A stretch of DNA of 18,591 nt, taken from contig JBHLOI010000062.1 of the NCBI GenBank assembly GCA_048940645.1, forward strand, positions 1 through 18,591. The letters run 5' to 3'. Numbering within the stretch: the first letter of the stretch is position 1; each line of letters opens with the position of its first letter. The notes beneath the pieces were generated by a model. That model was not told where the DNA came from, did no database searches, and saw only the letters and a program-made list of their open reading frames with translations. The position numbers and the translations under genes were made by a program. Shown here one piece after another: positions 1-9,142 of this stretch. Origin of the DNA: Promethearchaeota archaeon (lineage in GTDB: Archaea; Asgardarchaeota; Lokiarchaeia; Sigyniarchaeales; SOKP01).

Positions 1-1
1 C

Positions 2-640
2 TTATCTGATGTTTGGGTTAATGAAGATTGTTATTTTGGTTACAATTTAGAAGATTTAAGTTCTAGAAATCGTTTTAGACAGACGATTACAAAAGAGAAA
101 TTATATGAAGAGATTCAAAAAGATTATAATAGTAACAAAGAAAAGAAAACACTGATTGTAGAAAAACAAAAAATAGAAAATGTTGTTGAAAATGATTCTT
201 TTATAGAAATGATTCGAGAGAATAATGATACATTAAAAGTAATAGCGAATGAACTAAAGAATTTAACAACGGTAATTAAAAGTTTTTCTTTTATCAATCC
301 AGCTCAGGGATATCGCCCTCCAGCCCCTCCCATGAGGAGGAGTAACGAATCTGGGATAGAGCGAATTAAAAGGCCACCATCCAGACCTATGACGATGCAA
401 GGAGGCTCATCAGCAAAAGTATTAGTAATTAAAGAAATGAAAGAAAAATTTACAAAGGTTATTGAAAAAAATAATGGATTCAATATTCAAGATATTTTAA
501 AACCAATGAGCGAAGATGAGTTAAAAAGTCTAACACTCAATGAAGAGGAATTAAAGAAAAAAGAAGAAGAAGCAATTAAAAAACAAATAGAAAGATTTAA
601 AAAAGAAAAACAAAAAGAATTATCTTTAACAGAACAATAG
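2..640 (+). CDS. 5'-truncated hypothetical protein with Pro-rich segment and charged C-terminal coiled coil
   Basis: The frame of the listed 209..640 ORF is open back to position 2 (LSDVWVNEDCYFGYNLEDLSSRNRFRQ...), so the gene starts before the window. Contains RPPAPP/RPPSRP and an E/K-rich helical tail; TAG stop. Confidence 0.75.
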   Translation, partial: LSDVWVNEDCYFGYNLEDLSSRNRFRQTITKEKLYEEIQKDYNSNKEKKTLIVEKQKIENVVENDSFIEMIRENNDTLKVIANELKNLTTVIKSFSFINPAQGYRPPAPPMRRSNESGIERIKRPPSRPMTMQGGSSAKVLVIKEMKEKFTKVIEKNNGFNIQDILKPMSEDELKSLTLNEEELKKKEEEAIKKQIERFKKEKQKELSLTEQ

Positions 641-716
641 ATCAAGAAAAAACTTATTATGATAAATGTTTAATTGACATGAAACATTAAGTAATATTTA
701 GTGGAAATTTTATATT

Positions 717-722
717 GGAGGT
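717..722 (+). promoter_or_regulatory. Shine-Dalgarno GGAGGT for the GPN GTPase
   Basis: GGAGGT lies 8 nt upstream of the in-frame ATT at 731. Confidence 0.7.
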
Positions 723-730
723 CTAATTAG

Positions 731-1507
731 ATTCTACTAAATTATTTTATTGGAACTGCTGGAAGTGGAAAATCAACATTAACGAGTGAACTAAAAGCTT
801 ACGTTTTAAATAGAGATCCTGAAATTTCTGCTATCACATTAAATCTAGATCCTGGCGTAAAAATTTTACCTTATAATCCTGATATTGATATAAGAGATTT
901 TATCGTTCTCGAAGATGTAATGACAGAATATGGATTAGGACCTAATGGTGCAATGATATTAGCATCAGATTTAATGGTTAATTATTTGGATGAGATAAAA
1001 GAAGAAATTGATGAATATAATCCAGATTGGATTTTTGTAGATACCGCGGGACAACTTGAATTATTTGCTTTTAGAGATACCGGACCTTTAATAGCAAGTT
1101 CCTTGGGATTTGGCTCAATTCAAAGAGCTGTATCCTTTCTTTTTGATTCAAATTTGGTGCTTAGACCAAATGGGTTCATTTCAACATTACTTTTGGCTGC
1201 ATCAGTTCAATTTAGATTTAGAAGTATCCCTCAGATAAATGTGCTTTCTAAAGTGGACTTATTATCTGAAGAACAAATTGAAATGATTGTGAATTGGAGT
1301 CAAGATTTTAAGGCATTAGAGGATTCTACAAATGAACGTGAAAGTGGACTGATACGTGAATTATCAATGTTAATTTCAGATGTTTTTGTGCAAATGGGGT
1401 CTACATCAGAACTAATGCCTTGTTCTATTAAAGAAGAGGATGGACTTGATATATTATTTGGTTCAATACAAAGAGTATTTGATTCTGATAAGTCACAATT
1501 TTATTAA
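731..1507 (+). CDS. GPN-loop GTPase (GPN1/2/3, PAB0955-like ATP/GTP-binding protein), about 258 aa, probable ATT start
   Basis: In-frame extension upstream of the listed 920 start gives ILLNYFIGTAGSGKST (P-loop) and NLDPG, then GLGPNG (GPN loop), DTAGQLE (G3) and LSKVD (G4). In-frame TAG at 728-730. Confidence 0.93.
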   Translation: MLLNYFIGTAGSGKSTLTSELKAYVLNRDPEISAITLNLDPGVKILPYNPDIDIRDFIVLEDVMTEYGLGPNGAMILASDLMVNYLDEIKEEIDEYNPDWIFVDTAGQLELFAFRDTGPLIASSLGFGSIQRAVSFLFDSNLVLRPNGFISTLLLAASVQFRFRSIPQINVLSKVDLLSEEQIEMIVNWSQDFKALEDSTNERESGLIRELSMLISDVFVQMGSTSELMPCSIKEEDGLDILFGSIQRVFDSDKSQFY

Positions 1508-1563
1508 ATTTTCGATCAAACTTAATTATATGAATTATATGAATTTAAATTAAAAGCAGTAAA

Positions 1564-2661
1564 ATGAAAATAATCGGACCAATTGCAGGAATAGGCTCAC
1601 GATTACGCCCTTTTACATTGAGTAAACCTAAAGCATTTATTAATGTTGCTGGTAAAACTGTGCTAGAGCATATATTAAATAAGTTTGAAAATACGTTTGA
1701 TTCAGATACAGAACTGATTCTAATAGTAGGATATAAAAAAAGACAGATTACCGAATTTGTGAAAAAGAAATTTAATTCAAGATTCAAAATTGTGTTTAAA
1801 GAGCAGATTCCACGTGGATACAACGATGATGTTCCGTTTTTCTGGGGTTTAGCTGATGCAGTTTATTTAGCTCACGACCGATTTGAAGGAATAACTATTG
1901 ACTCTAAAGATAAGGATAAGAGAGAAGGCGCGTTAATTTTCCTAGCAGATATGATTCCAATTGATGAATATTCGTACATAATGTATCGGTATTTTGAATC
2001 AGATGTAGATGGAATTATAACAGTAATGGAAGTTCCTGAAGAAGATGCAAGTTCTTATGGAGTTGTTGTAGTTGATGAAAATTTTATTATAAAGAAATTG
2101 GTTGAAAAACCAAAAACATATGTCTCGAATTTAGCAATTGCAGGACCGTATGCTTTTTCACATTCTGCTACAACCGCATTATTTAACAATATTAAAAAAT
2201 ATCTTGATCAAAGAAATGAAAATACAGAAGAAATATATTTAACTGAAAGTCTTCAAGATTTAGTTGATGGTGGTTTTAAGATAGCTGCTGTTAATTTAAA
2301 ACAAGGAATACTAGATTTTGGAAGGCCTTCTGCACTTTTAAATGGAAGTAAATATTTACTGGAACATTACTATACTAAAAAAGAAGAATTTTCGCAATTA
2401 AATATTACCATTGATAAATCTTTTATTAAAAATCCTGTTTTTATTGGTAAAAGTTCAGAAATTATTAATTCAGTAATTGGACCTTATGTTTCAATTGGAT
2501 CTAGTTCAAAAATAGAGAACTGTATATTAGAAAATTGTGTGATTGAGAAAAATGCTACTCTGAGAAAAATCATATCTGGAAGTTCAATTATAGGAAGCAA
2601 TGTTCAGGTAGAAAATATTAGCAAGGATAATTTAATAATTGGTGATAAAAGCATTTTCTAA
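1564..2661 (+). CDS. Sugar-phosphate nucleotidyltransferase (long-form glucose-1-phosphate thymidylyltransferase-like) with C-terminal left-handed beta-helix
   Basis: AGIGSRLRPFT..PK signature, YGVV, VEKP, DFGRP and C-terminal hexapeptide repeats (IGPYVSIG, IENCILENCVI). Confidence 0.88.
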   Translation: MKIIGPIAGIGSRLRPFTLSKPKAFINVAGKTVLEHILNKFENTFDSDTELILIVGYKKRQITEFVKKKFNSRFKIVFKEQIPRGYNDDVPFFWGLADAVYLAHDRFEGITIDSKDKDKREGALIFLADMIPIDEYSYIMYRYFESDVDGIITVMEVPEEDASSYGVVVVDENFIIKKLVEKPKTYVSNLAIAGPYAFSHSATTALFNNIKKYLDQRNENTEEIYLTESLQDLVDGGFKIAAVNLKQGILDFGRPSALLNGSKYLLEHYYTKKEEFSQLNITIDKSFIKNPVFIGKSSEIINSVIGPYVSIGSSSKIENCILENCVIEKNATLRKIISGSSIIGSNVQVENISKDNLIIGDKSIF

Positions 2662-2785
2662 ATATTAATAGATCTATTTTTAAAAAATATTCAAAATTAA
2701 GAATTTTATAAAAATATTATTAACTTCTTTAAAATATAATTATCTTGAGATAAAAATAAAAATTAATGAAAATAAATGATCTTTT

Positions 2786-4153
2786 ATGACGTATAATATT
2801 GCTTTTGATGTTGCACATAAGCCAAGAGGTAAGTTAGACGAGAATCTAACTGAAATGCGAGATTTCCTCAATGCAAATGAATTTATATGTTATAATTATT
2901 TAGAAACTCCAGTTACTCAGCTCTCTTTAAAGCCATTTGACATTTTAGTCTTTGTATGTCCTGACTTTGCTAAAATTTCCTCTATGGAAATAACGGAAAT
3001 AGTAAATTGGGTAAAAGAGGATGGCGGAGGATTACTCTTATTATCCCATGCAGGTGGTGACAGAGGTAGAAATAGCAATTTAAGTGAACTGAGTCAGCAA
3101 TTTGGGATGGCATTTGAGAATGATCAAGTTTTAGACGAAACTTATAATCTAGGAATGGAAAATATGCCAATAATTACTTCGTTTATTCCACCCCATCCGA
3201 TTACGATTGGTATTACTTCTTTATGTTTTCGTTCTGGATGTTCTCTTGCAGTTCTAGGAAGTGCTTTCTCTATTGCATCCTCAAATGAAACATCAGAACC
3301 ATTTTCTACACCATTAATATGTGTTGCTGAAGTAGAAATGGGTAGAGTCTGCACGATTGGAAGTTATGAAATGTTTCGCGATAAAGTAGGTGGAGGATTT
3401 AGCTATGAGGACCACCCTAATTTAGTTTATAATCTTTTCAATTGGTTAATATCTGATTATAGAATGGATTTACGATCAAAAGGACAAGTTCCTAAAATTG
3501 CACCACAGCCAGTAGAAAGTCTTGCTCAATCACCTGATTATGCTTCGGAACCAATTGATTCAGCTGTAGTCAATAATAAACCATTAGATATTGATTTTTC
3601 AATAAAAATTACAAAGAAAGAAGAATTAGTCGAATTACTAAAAATTTTTCAAAATCAAATTAATAGGATTCATAACACGTTTGATAAGTTAATAAATTAT
3701 TTAGAGGGTTCAGTTGATCACGCAGTTGGAGAAAAGAGTTCGAATATACCGCCTCCCCCTACTATAACAGAGAAGAAACCCAAAATGAAACAGGATCTGG
3801 GAATACTAGAGCCCGCTAAAGATATAACTCTTACAGAACTGCCTGCTAAGCCCAATCAACTAAAAGAGATAGAAGATGATATTTTTATCGGTTTACCTGT
3901 TGAAGAGAAGGTTGATTTAAAACCAGCTCCTAAACTAACTCCTAATAAAAAACCAAAGAAGAAAGATTTAAAAGCTGAAAGGGAAGCGTTAGAGAGTAAA
4001 CTAAATTCAGTCCATAACCTATTAGACTTTATTGAAAAGAAACATAAGGCAGGAACAATTAATAAAAAAGATTATAATAAAAGAATCAGTCAGTTAAGAA
4101 CAGATATTAAAAAAACACAAGAAAGAATTGATGAGTTAAACAATTTATTATAA
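2786..4153 (+). CDS. GIFT-domain (GldG/IFT52-like, DUF4350-type) protein with Pro-rich linker and C-terminal coiled coil
   Basis: The N-terminal ~220 aa (FDVAH, GGGLLLLSHAGGD, NLSELSQQFGMAFENDQV, SGCSL, GRVCTIGSYEMF, NLFNWL) resemble the recalled IFT52 N-domain; no signal peptide. Confidence 0.72.
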   Translation: MTYNIAFDVAHKPRGKLDENLTEMRDFLNANEFICYNYLETPVTQLSLKPFDILVFVCPDFAKISSMEITEIVNWVKEDGGGLLLLSHAGGDRGRNSNLSELSQQFGMAFENDQVLDETYNLGMENMPIITSFIPPHPITIGITSLCFRSGCSLAVLGSAFSIASSNETSEPFSTPLICVAEVEMGRVCTIGSYEMFRDKVGGGFSYEDHPNLVYNLFNWLISDYRMDLRSKGQVPKIAPQPVESLAQSPDYASEPIDSAVVNNKPLDIDFSIKITKKEELVELLKIFQNQINRIHNTFDKLINYLEGSVDHAVGEKSSNIPPPPTITEKKPKMKQDLGILEPAKDITLTELPAKPNQLKEIEDDIFIGLPVEEKVDLKPAPKLTPNKKPKKKDLKAEREALESKLNSVHNLLDFIEKKHKAGTINKKDYNKRISQLRTDIKKTQERIDELNNLL

Positions 4154-4154
4154 A

Positions 4155-4162
4155 TTTTTTTT
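4155..4162 (+). terminator. Oligo-T archaeal terminator between convergent genes
   Basis: T8 run immediately after the 4153 stop. Confidence 0.4.
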
Positions 4163-4183
4163 AAAATTGTTTTGAAATTGTAA

Positions 4184-4699
4184 TTAGGCAGGGTGGTTAT
4201 GATCATATCCACATGAGCCATTACAACTCATTCCTATTTGAAAAGGATTTGCAATAGGATCGGGAGTTAAACCTGTTTCAATTAGTTTGAGATTTAGATT
4301 TAGTAATTTACCAGCTAAAGGAGGATTCATATCTACCATTACATAATCATCTTCAACATATATTATCCAACCTAGAGATGACATTTGATTCAATCCGACT
4401 ACTTCTACCTTTTTTCCAATTTTTATCTCCTTATCAGGAGGAAACTGTTCTTTTGGTATTTTTTCAACAAGTAGAGGGTCAAATTTTCCAAAAGCTTCTT
4501 CTGGCTGAAGTATAATTTCTTTTGTTTGACCAATTTCCATTCCAATAATTGCATTTTCAAAACCACGAAAAACCTGTCCAGTGCCTACTTGAATTTTAAT
4601 TGGACCTCCATTACTAATTTCACTTGAATCAATTAGTATCCCTTTATCATCAGATAAGACATATTCAACCTTTACCACATCTCCATGTTTTACTCCCAT
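4184..4699 (-). CDS. slyD: FKBP-type peptidyl-prolyl isomerase, SlyD-like (paralog 2)
   Basis: GDVVKVEY, IDSS, GFENAIIGM, PEEAFG, VDMNPPLAGK and a Cys/His tail (CNGSCGYDHNH). ATG at 4699 preferred; GTG at 4708 is an alternative. Confidence 0.88.
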   Translation of the reverse strand: MGVKHGDVVKVEYVLSDDKGILIDSSEISNGGPIKIQVGTGQVFRGFENAIIGMEIGQTKEIILQPEEAFGKFDPLLVEKIPKEQFPPDKEIKIGKKVEVVGLNQMSSLGWIIYVEDDYVMVDMNPPLAGKLLNLNLKLIETGLTPDPIANPFQIGMSCNGSCGYDHNHPA

Positions 4700-4876
4700 G
4701 ATTATCACATTTTTAGAGTCGTTCTAATTAGATTAAGAATACAGTATTTAAGATTTAAATGTTTATAAAATAAAAATGAAAAGAAATTATTTGTGTATCC
4801 TCAATAATGAATTCTGAATTATTTCAATACCTTAAAAAAATCATAGAAAATTAAAATTGCTATTTAAATGTTTATT

Positions 4877-5368
4877 TTAATGATGTTCACACCCACATCC
4901 ACATGCTCCAGGAGGATCTGGCTCACAACCAATTTCTACAATTTTAATTTTAAAATTTAGTATTTTTCCTGCTAATGGATGGTTCATATCAATTGTAACA
5001 AATTCATCATCCACTTCTATAATCCTTGCAACGGAGCAACTTCCATCAGGAGCATCTATCCTTAATAACATCCCTACTTCGGGTTGATTTTCTTTTGGAA
5101 ATTGATTGAGTTTTATTTTGTGTTTTAATTTTGGATGAAATTCTCCATAAGCCTCTGATGGTTGAAGTTCAATTGAAAACTCATCTCCTAGTTTTTTACC
5201 AATCATAGCATTATCAAAACCAGGTATGACATGGCCAGCTCCAACTTCAAATTTTAAGGGAGTGCCATCATTTAGTTCAGTGCTATCAAAGATTGTGCCA
5301 TCCTCTAGTCGTCCTTCATATTCAACTTTTATTATCTCGCCTTTTTTAATTGACATAGTAATCTTCAT
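4877..5368 (-). CDS. slyD: FKBP-type peptidyl-prolyl isomerase, SlyD-like (paralog 1)
   Basis: YEGRLEDGTIFDS, VIPGFD, PSEAYG, IDMNHPLAGK and tail ACGCGCEHH. Confidence 0.93.
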   Translation of the reverse strand: MKITMSIKKGEIIKVEYEGRLEDGTIFDSTELNDGTPLKFEVGAGHVIPGFDNAMIGKKLGDEFSIELQPSEAYGEFHPKLKHKIKLNQFPKENQPEVGMLLRIDAPDGSCSVARIIEVDDEFVTIDMNHPLAGKILNFKIKIVEIGCEPDPPGACGCGCEHH

Positions 5369-5509
5369 TATCTTTGCTAATTATAATAAAAGAAAGAGAT
5401 TTTATTATTGAATTGTTTATAAATTAAAAAGATATGTAAAGTAGTATTTATAATAAATTCTTAACTCTTATAGTCTGATATTATTTAAAAATTAAAAAAA
5501 AAGTTAGAA

Positions 5510-5941
5510 TTATATTTTATTTCTATCTATCACTTTTAACTCCATAACAATATTTCCCCAACCACCACATTTCACACCAGTATCAAAACAGCTTGCTTTT
5601 TTAAATCGCATTTCATTAGGGTCTATACCCGCATATAATAATTCATTTACAGAATGAATTAATTTATCTAATTCAGATAGCGCATAGATACACACTTTTT
5701 TAGGACATAATTTCGTAAGCAAATTACCTGCACCATCAAAATAAAACTTATCTCCTACTTTATGTTGGCTATTACAACCATGAGATTCAATAACCTCAGC
5801 AATTATAGTTTTACTTAATAAATTCAATGATTTTGAAAGAACATCAACATTCCTTGGATTATTAAGAAAGATCTGTAATTCCTCATCATTATATCCAAAA
5901 TTCTCTTTAATATTATTTTTCATCTCTTCACTAATATTCAT
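5510..5941 (-). CDS. TIGR04076-like Cys-rich protein
   Basis: GCNSQHKVGDKFYF, CPKKVCIYAL and CFDTGVKCGGWG pattern. AGGTGA SD favours the ATG at 5941 over the GTG at 5953. Confidence 0.65.
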   Translation of the reverse strand: MNISEEMKNNIKENFGYNDEELQIFLNNPRNVDVLSKSLNLLSKTIIAEVIESHGCNSQHKVGDKFYFDGAGNLLTKLCPKKVCIYALSELDKLIHSVNELLYAGIDPNEMRFKKASCFDTGVKCGGWGNIVMELKVIDRNKI

Positions 5942-5977
5942 AAATTTTTTCACCTATGATTTTTTAATTTAAGTTTT

Positions 5978-6523
5978 TTATGATAATTTAAAATGAAATT
6001 TACAAATATTATCTCCTTTTGAGATTCTTTTTTCTGGTATTATTTCTCCATTAATATCTATTGCTTCTAACCATCCTCTATGTCGATAATTACAAGCACA
6101 TATATACTCTTCTTCTTTCTTAGATTTTTGAACTTCTTTCCAAATGAAACATTTGTTAACAATAGCAACTCCTTCATTCTCAGATTTAGTAAAAAATTTG
6201 AATTTCATTACTTTTGGTATTAGAACTTCCATAAATGTATTAAAAATTTTAAATAATTGTGGAATTGATTTAATGTCTCCTTTCCGGATTCCCAACGAGT
6301 TAAGGATATGACGAGCCTCGATTTTTCCCATAGAACGTATTACTTCTCCATTTAAATTATTTGCTTTCTCAATTCCAAACTTTTTTTTGGCTTTTAAAAA
6401 CCATTGGCCATCGTGTTGGGCCCAACACATTTGTAATATGAATTTCTGCGTTTTTAAGGGGACGTCATATTTTTCTTTTATTAGTTTTTCTGAGGATATA
6501 ATTTCTAAATCATTTCCTAACAT
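5978..6523 (-). CDS. DUF6125 / V4R-like small-ligand-binding protein
   Basis: W..HDGQWF motif, KC.IW, C.C and C-terminal GDNICKF typical of V4R-like folds. Confidence 0.62.
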   Translation of the reverse strand: MLGNDLEIISSEKLIKEKYDVPLKTQKFILQMCWAQHDGQWFLKAKKKFGIEKANNLNGEVIRSMGKIEARHILNSLGIRKGDIKSIPQLFKIFNTFMEVLIPKVMKFKFFTKSENEGVAIVNKCFIWKEVQKSKKEEEYICACNYRHRGWLEAIDINGEIIPEKRISKGDNICKFHFKLS

Positions 6524-6601
6524 TTTATAATCTAATCGTTGTTAATTCTTCAATTACAAATTTAATGCAAAAATTTAAAACTTTATCCGATCAAAAAAAA
6601 C

Positions 6602-6620
6602 TAGTTTTAAGTTGAAACTA
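6602..6620. promoter_or_regulatory. Palindromic operator candidate TAGTTTTAA-G-TTGAAACTA
   Basis: 8 of 9 arm positions are complementary; sits between divergent DUF6125 and TrmB genes, 13 nt before the TrmB start. Confidence 0.5.
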
Positions 6621-6633
6621 ATATATATGATTA

Positions 6634-7533
6634 ATGATGTCTAAAGATTTGATGGAAGATCTAAAAGAATTTCTGAATGATGCAACTCTTTCTACATATG
6701 AGATCAATGCTTATACTACACTTTTAGTTTCCTCAAAATCTAATCCTCCTACTGCCAGAGAAATATCGCATGAATCTAATGTACCAAGTGGCAGAATCTA
6801 TGAAGTATTGGAGGATTTAAAGAATAAAGGATTAATACAAATCATTGGATCTCGACCAAAAAAGTATATCGCTTTATCTCTGAATAAAGCATTAGATAAT
6901 TTAATTAATTTCCAATCTAATGAAAGTAAACGCAAGATAGATTATTTATATGATAGAGCTAAAATCTTAGAATCAGCATTGTATAATCCAGATGTATTAG
7001 TTCAAAAAGAACCCTCAAAAATATTTTGGTCCACTGCTTTTGGAACAAAATCAATTCTCTCATTATATGTTAAATTTATAAGGGAAGCGAAGGAAGAAAT
7101 TATTTTTAATGAATTTATCAACAAAAGTACTATAAAAGTATTACCCCATGCAAAGTTAATCTATGATCCTCTTAAAAGAGCCGTTGATAGAGGTGTAAAA
7201 GTTAGAGATTTATGGTCTTTTGAATATGATGAGCGTCCGCTTACCGAAAAGCAAAAGGAAGAAAATTCTAAAACGTTTATTGAAATAAGAAAATTACAAG
7301 AAGATTTATATGGTTTATCAACAGATTTGCCCGGATTTGAAATGAAGTATATTTATCATAGAACTCCTACATATTTCGATATTTTTGATGGAAAGAGAAT
7401 TATATTTAAATTACAGAATCCACTTAAGCCATACCAAATCTTTGCAAGTATGAATGTAGTAGATCCTAGTCTTGCTGAAGATTTGAGAAACAAATTCTTT
7501 ACTATGTGGACATTTGAAGCTATTAGTGAGTAA
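6634..7533 (+). CDS. TrmB-family transcriptional regulator
   Basis: LSTYEINAY..L, TAREIS..SNVPSGRIYEVLEDL..KGLI, RPKKY wHTH; C-terminal PLD-like effector domain (AVDRGVKVR, IFDGK). Confidence 0.9.
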   Translation: MMSKDLMEDLKEFLNDATLSTYEINAYTTLLVSSKSNPPTAREISHESNVPSGRIYEVLEDLKNKGLIQIIGSRPKKYIALSLNKALDNLINFQSNESKRKIDYLYDRAKILESALYNPDVLVQKEPSKIFWSTAFGTKSILSLYVKFIREAKEEIIFNEFINKSTIKVLPHAKLIYDPLKRAVDRGVKVRDLWSFEYDERPLTEKQKEENSKTFIEIRKLQEDLYGLSTDLPGFEMKYIYHRTPTYFDIFDGKRIIFKLQNPLKPYQIFASMNVVDPSLAEDLRNKFFTMWTFEAISE

Positions 7534-7536
7534 TTT

Positions 7537-8355
7537 TTAACTTTTAGAAAATCCTCCATGATGAAATTCTATTTTGAAATCAGAAATCTTTTTATTTATG
7601 CAAAATCCTTTAATTCTTTGCTCAATTATGTCCCACCGTGAATGGTTAACTCTGAAATCTTGATATATTGGTAATAGCCTAGGATATCGCGCCTTTATTA
7701 TGTTCATAATACGAGGAATATTATGTGGGCGAAAATTTAAGTTTTCAAACATAAAACCATCTGAGTAATCAAATGCTTCTTCAATGATTGCTTGGAAATC
7801 TGTTAATTCTGGAAAAAAGGGTGAAATAAAGGTATACGTCTTGATATTATTTTTATGAATTTCTTTCAAAGCATTTAATCGTTCTAATGGTCTGGAAGCA
7901 CCAGGTTCAATTATTTTAGCTAATTCTTTATCTAAAGTGTTTATTGAAATACCTACTTCTATATTTTCAAATTTCTTGAATAAATCGATATCCCTTACAA
8001 CAAATTTAGATTTAGTAAGGATAGAAATTTCAGCCTTCGTTCCAATGAGTTTTTCTAATATTTTTTTTGTATTTTGATATTTTAACTCTAAAGGAATATA
8101 AGGATCTGTTACTGAACTTAATAAAATTCTTTTTTCATTGTATCGCTGAGGTTTTATTTTATCGTAATCGTAAGTTTTTACATCTAAAAACTGACCCCAT
8201 CTGTCTCCTTTATGATTAGTAAATCTTTTCATAAATTCAGCATAGCAGTAAATACATCCATGCTGGCAACCGATATAAGGATTAATTACAAAATCTATAC
8301 TTGGAATGTTGCTTTTAGTTATAACATTTTTAGCTTCTTTATATTGGATTTTCAA
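7537..8355 (-). CDS. Radical SAM protein, SplB/spore-photoproduct-lyase-like family
   Basis: INPYIGCQHGCIYCYA (CxxxCxxC), SSVTDPY, ILTKS, RDIDL, IEPGAS..ERL; TTG start. Confidence 0.88.
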   Translation of the reverse strand: MKIQYKEAKNVITKSNIPSIDFVINPYIGCQHGCIYCYAEFMKRFTNHKGDRWGQFLDVKTYDYDKIKPQRYNEKRILLSSVTDPYIPLELKYQNTKKILEKLIGTKAEISILTKSKFVVRDIDLFKKFENIEVGISINTLDKELAKIIEPGASRPLERLNALKEIHKNNIKTYTFISPFFPELTDFQAIIEEAFDYSDGFMFENLNFRPHNIPRIMNIIKARYPRLLPIYQDFRVNHSRWDIIEQRIKGFCINKKISDFKIEFHHGGFSKS

Positions 8356-8418
8356 GATTAAAATAATTCCATTCTATAAATTGAATATTAATACATAAAA
8401 AAAGGTAAAATAAAGATT

Positions 8419-8838
8419 TTATTTTATTATATCAGTAATAAAACAAGTTTCCATAATTTTTACTCCTTTAATTTGTGAAATCTTTTCTTCTATTAAGGGA
8501 TTAAACTGTTCTATTGATGGGATTTCTACTTTAATAAAGAGCCCACAATCACCGCTGAGTCTCCAGATATCAGTAATTTCTTCAATTTCTATTAACTCTT
8601 TCATAATTGTTTTTATCTCTTTAAAATCAGGTTCGATTTTTACTGTTGCTCGTGTTTTCGGTTTAGAATTAATTGTATATTCAATTGTGTATTTTTTAAT
8701 TGTTCCATCCTCTTCTAATTTCTTAACCCTTCGCCTAACTGTTGCTTCCGTTTTTCCAACCCTCTGACTTATGTCATTAAAAGAAATTCTACTGTTTTCT
8801 TTTAACTCTTCTAAGATTTTTAAATCAATTACATCCAT
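8419..8838 (-). CDS. Lrp/AsnC family transcriptional regulator
   Basis: MDVIDLKILEELKENSR.SF..IS..VG..EATVRRRVKKL HTH plus RAM domain (LSGD). AGGTG SD upstream of the ATG at 8838. Confidence 0.93.
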   Translation of the reverse strand: MDVIDLKILEELKENSRISFNDISQRVGKTEATVRRRVKKLEEDGTIKKYTIEYTINSKPKTRATVKIEPDFKEIKTIMKELIEIEEITDIWRLSGDCGLFIKVEIPSIEQFNPLIEEKISQIKGVKIMETCFITDIIK

Positions 8839-9142
8839 GTTAACACCTATTTTAATATTATTTTTCAATTTTACATATTCTTATTATTAATTGTGATAAA
8901 TTTATATATATTTTTTTTCTTTTTGCTATTGTATTATAATATAATCATTTCGCGCTTTCTTCATTTTGTCGATAAAAAAAAATAATATGTTTAACTTCTA
9001 TCAATAATTTAATACTTTTTCAAATTTTCAATAAAATCAATGAAATTAATTAATTTTGTATTAATTTTACATAATTTATTTTTCAAAATTCCATTATCAA
9101 TTTAAGAAAAAATTCATTAACATTCAAATTTTATAGGAAAAT

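Noticed and set aside
1545-1823. 92-aa minus-strand ORF
   Set aside because: Antisense shadow of the nucleotidyltransferase
2982-3354. Two short minus-strand ORFs (62 and 70 aa)
   Set aside because: Antisense to the GIFT-domain gene; no motifs
5226-5411. 61-aa plus-strand ORF
   Set aside because: Antisense to slyD
7356-7559. 67-aa minus-strand ORF
   Set aside because: Antisense to TrmB
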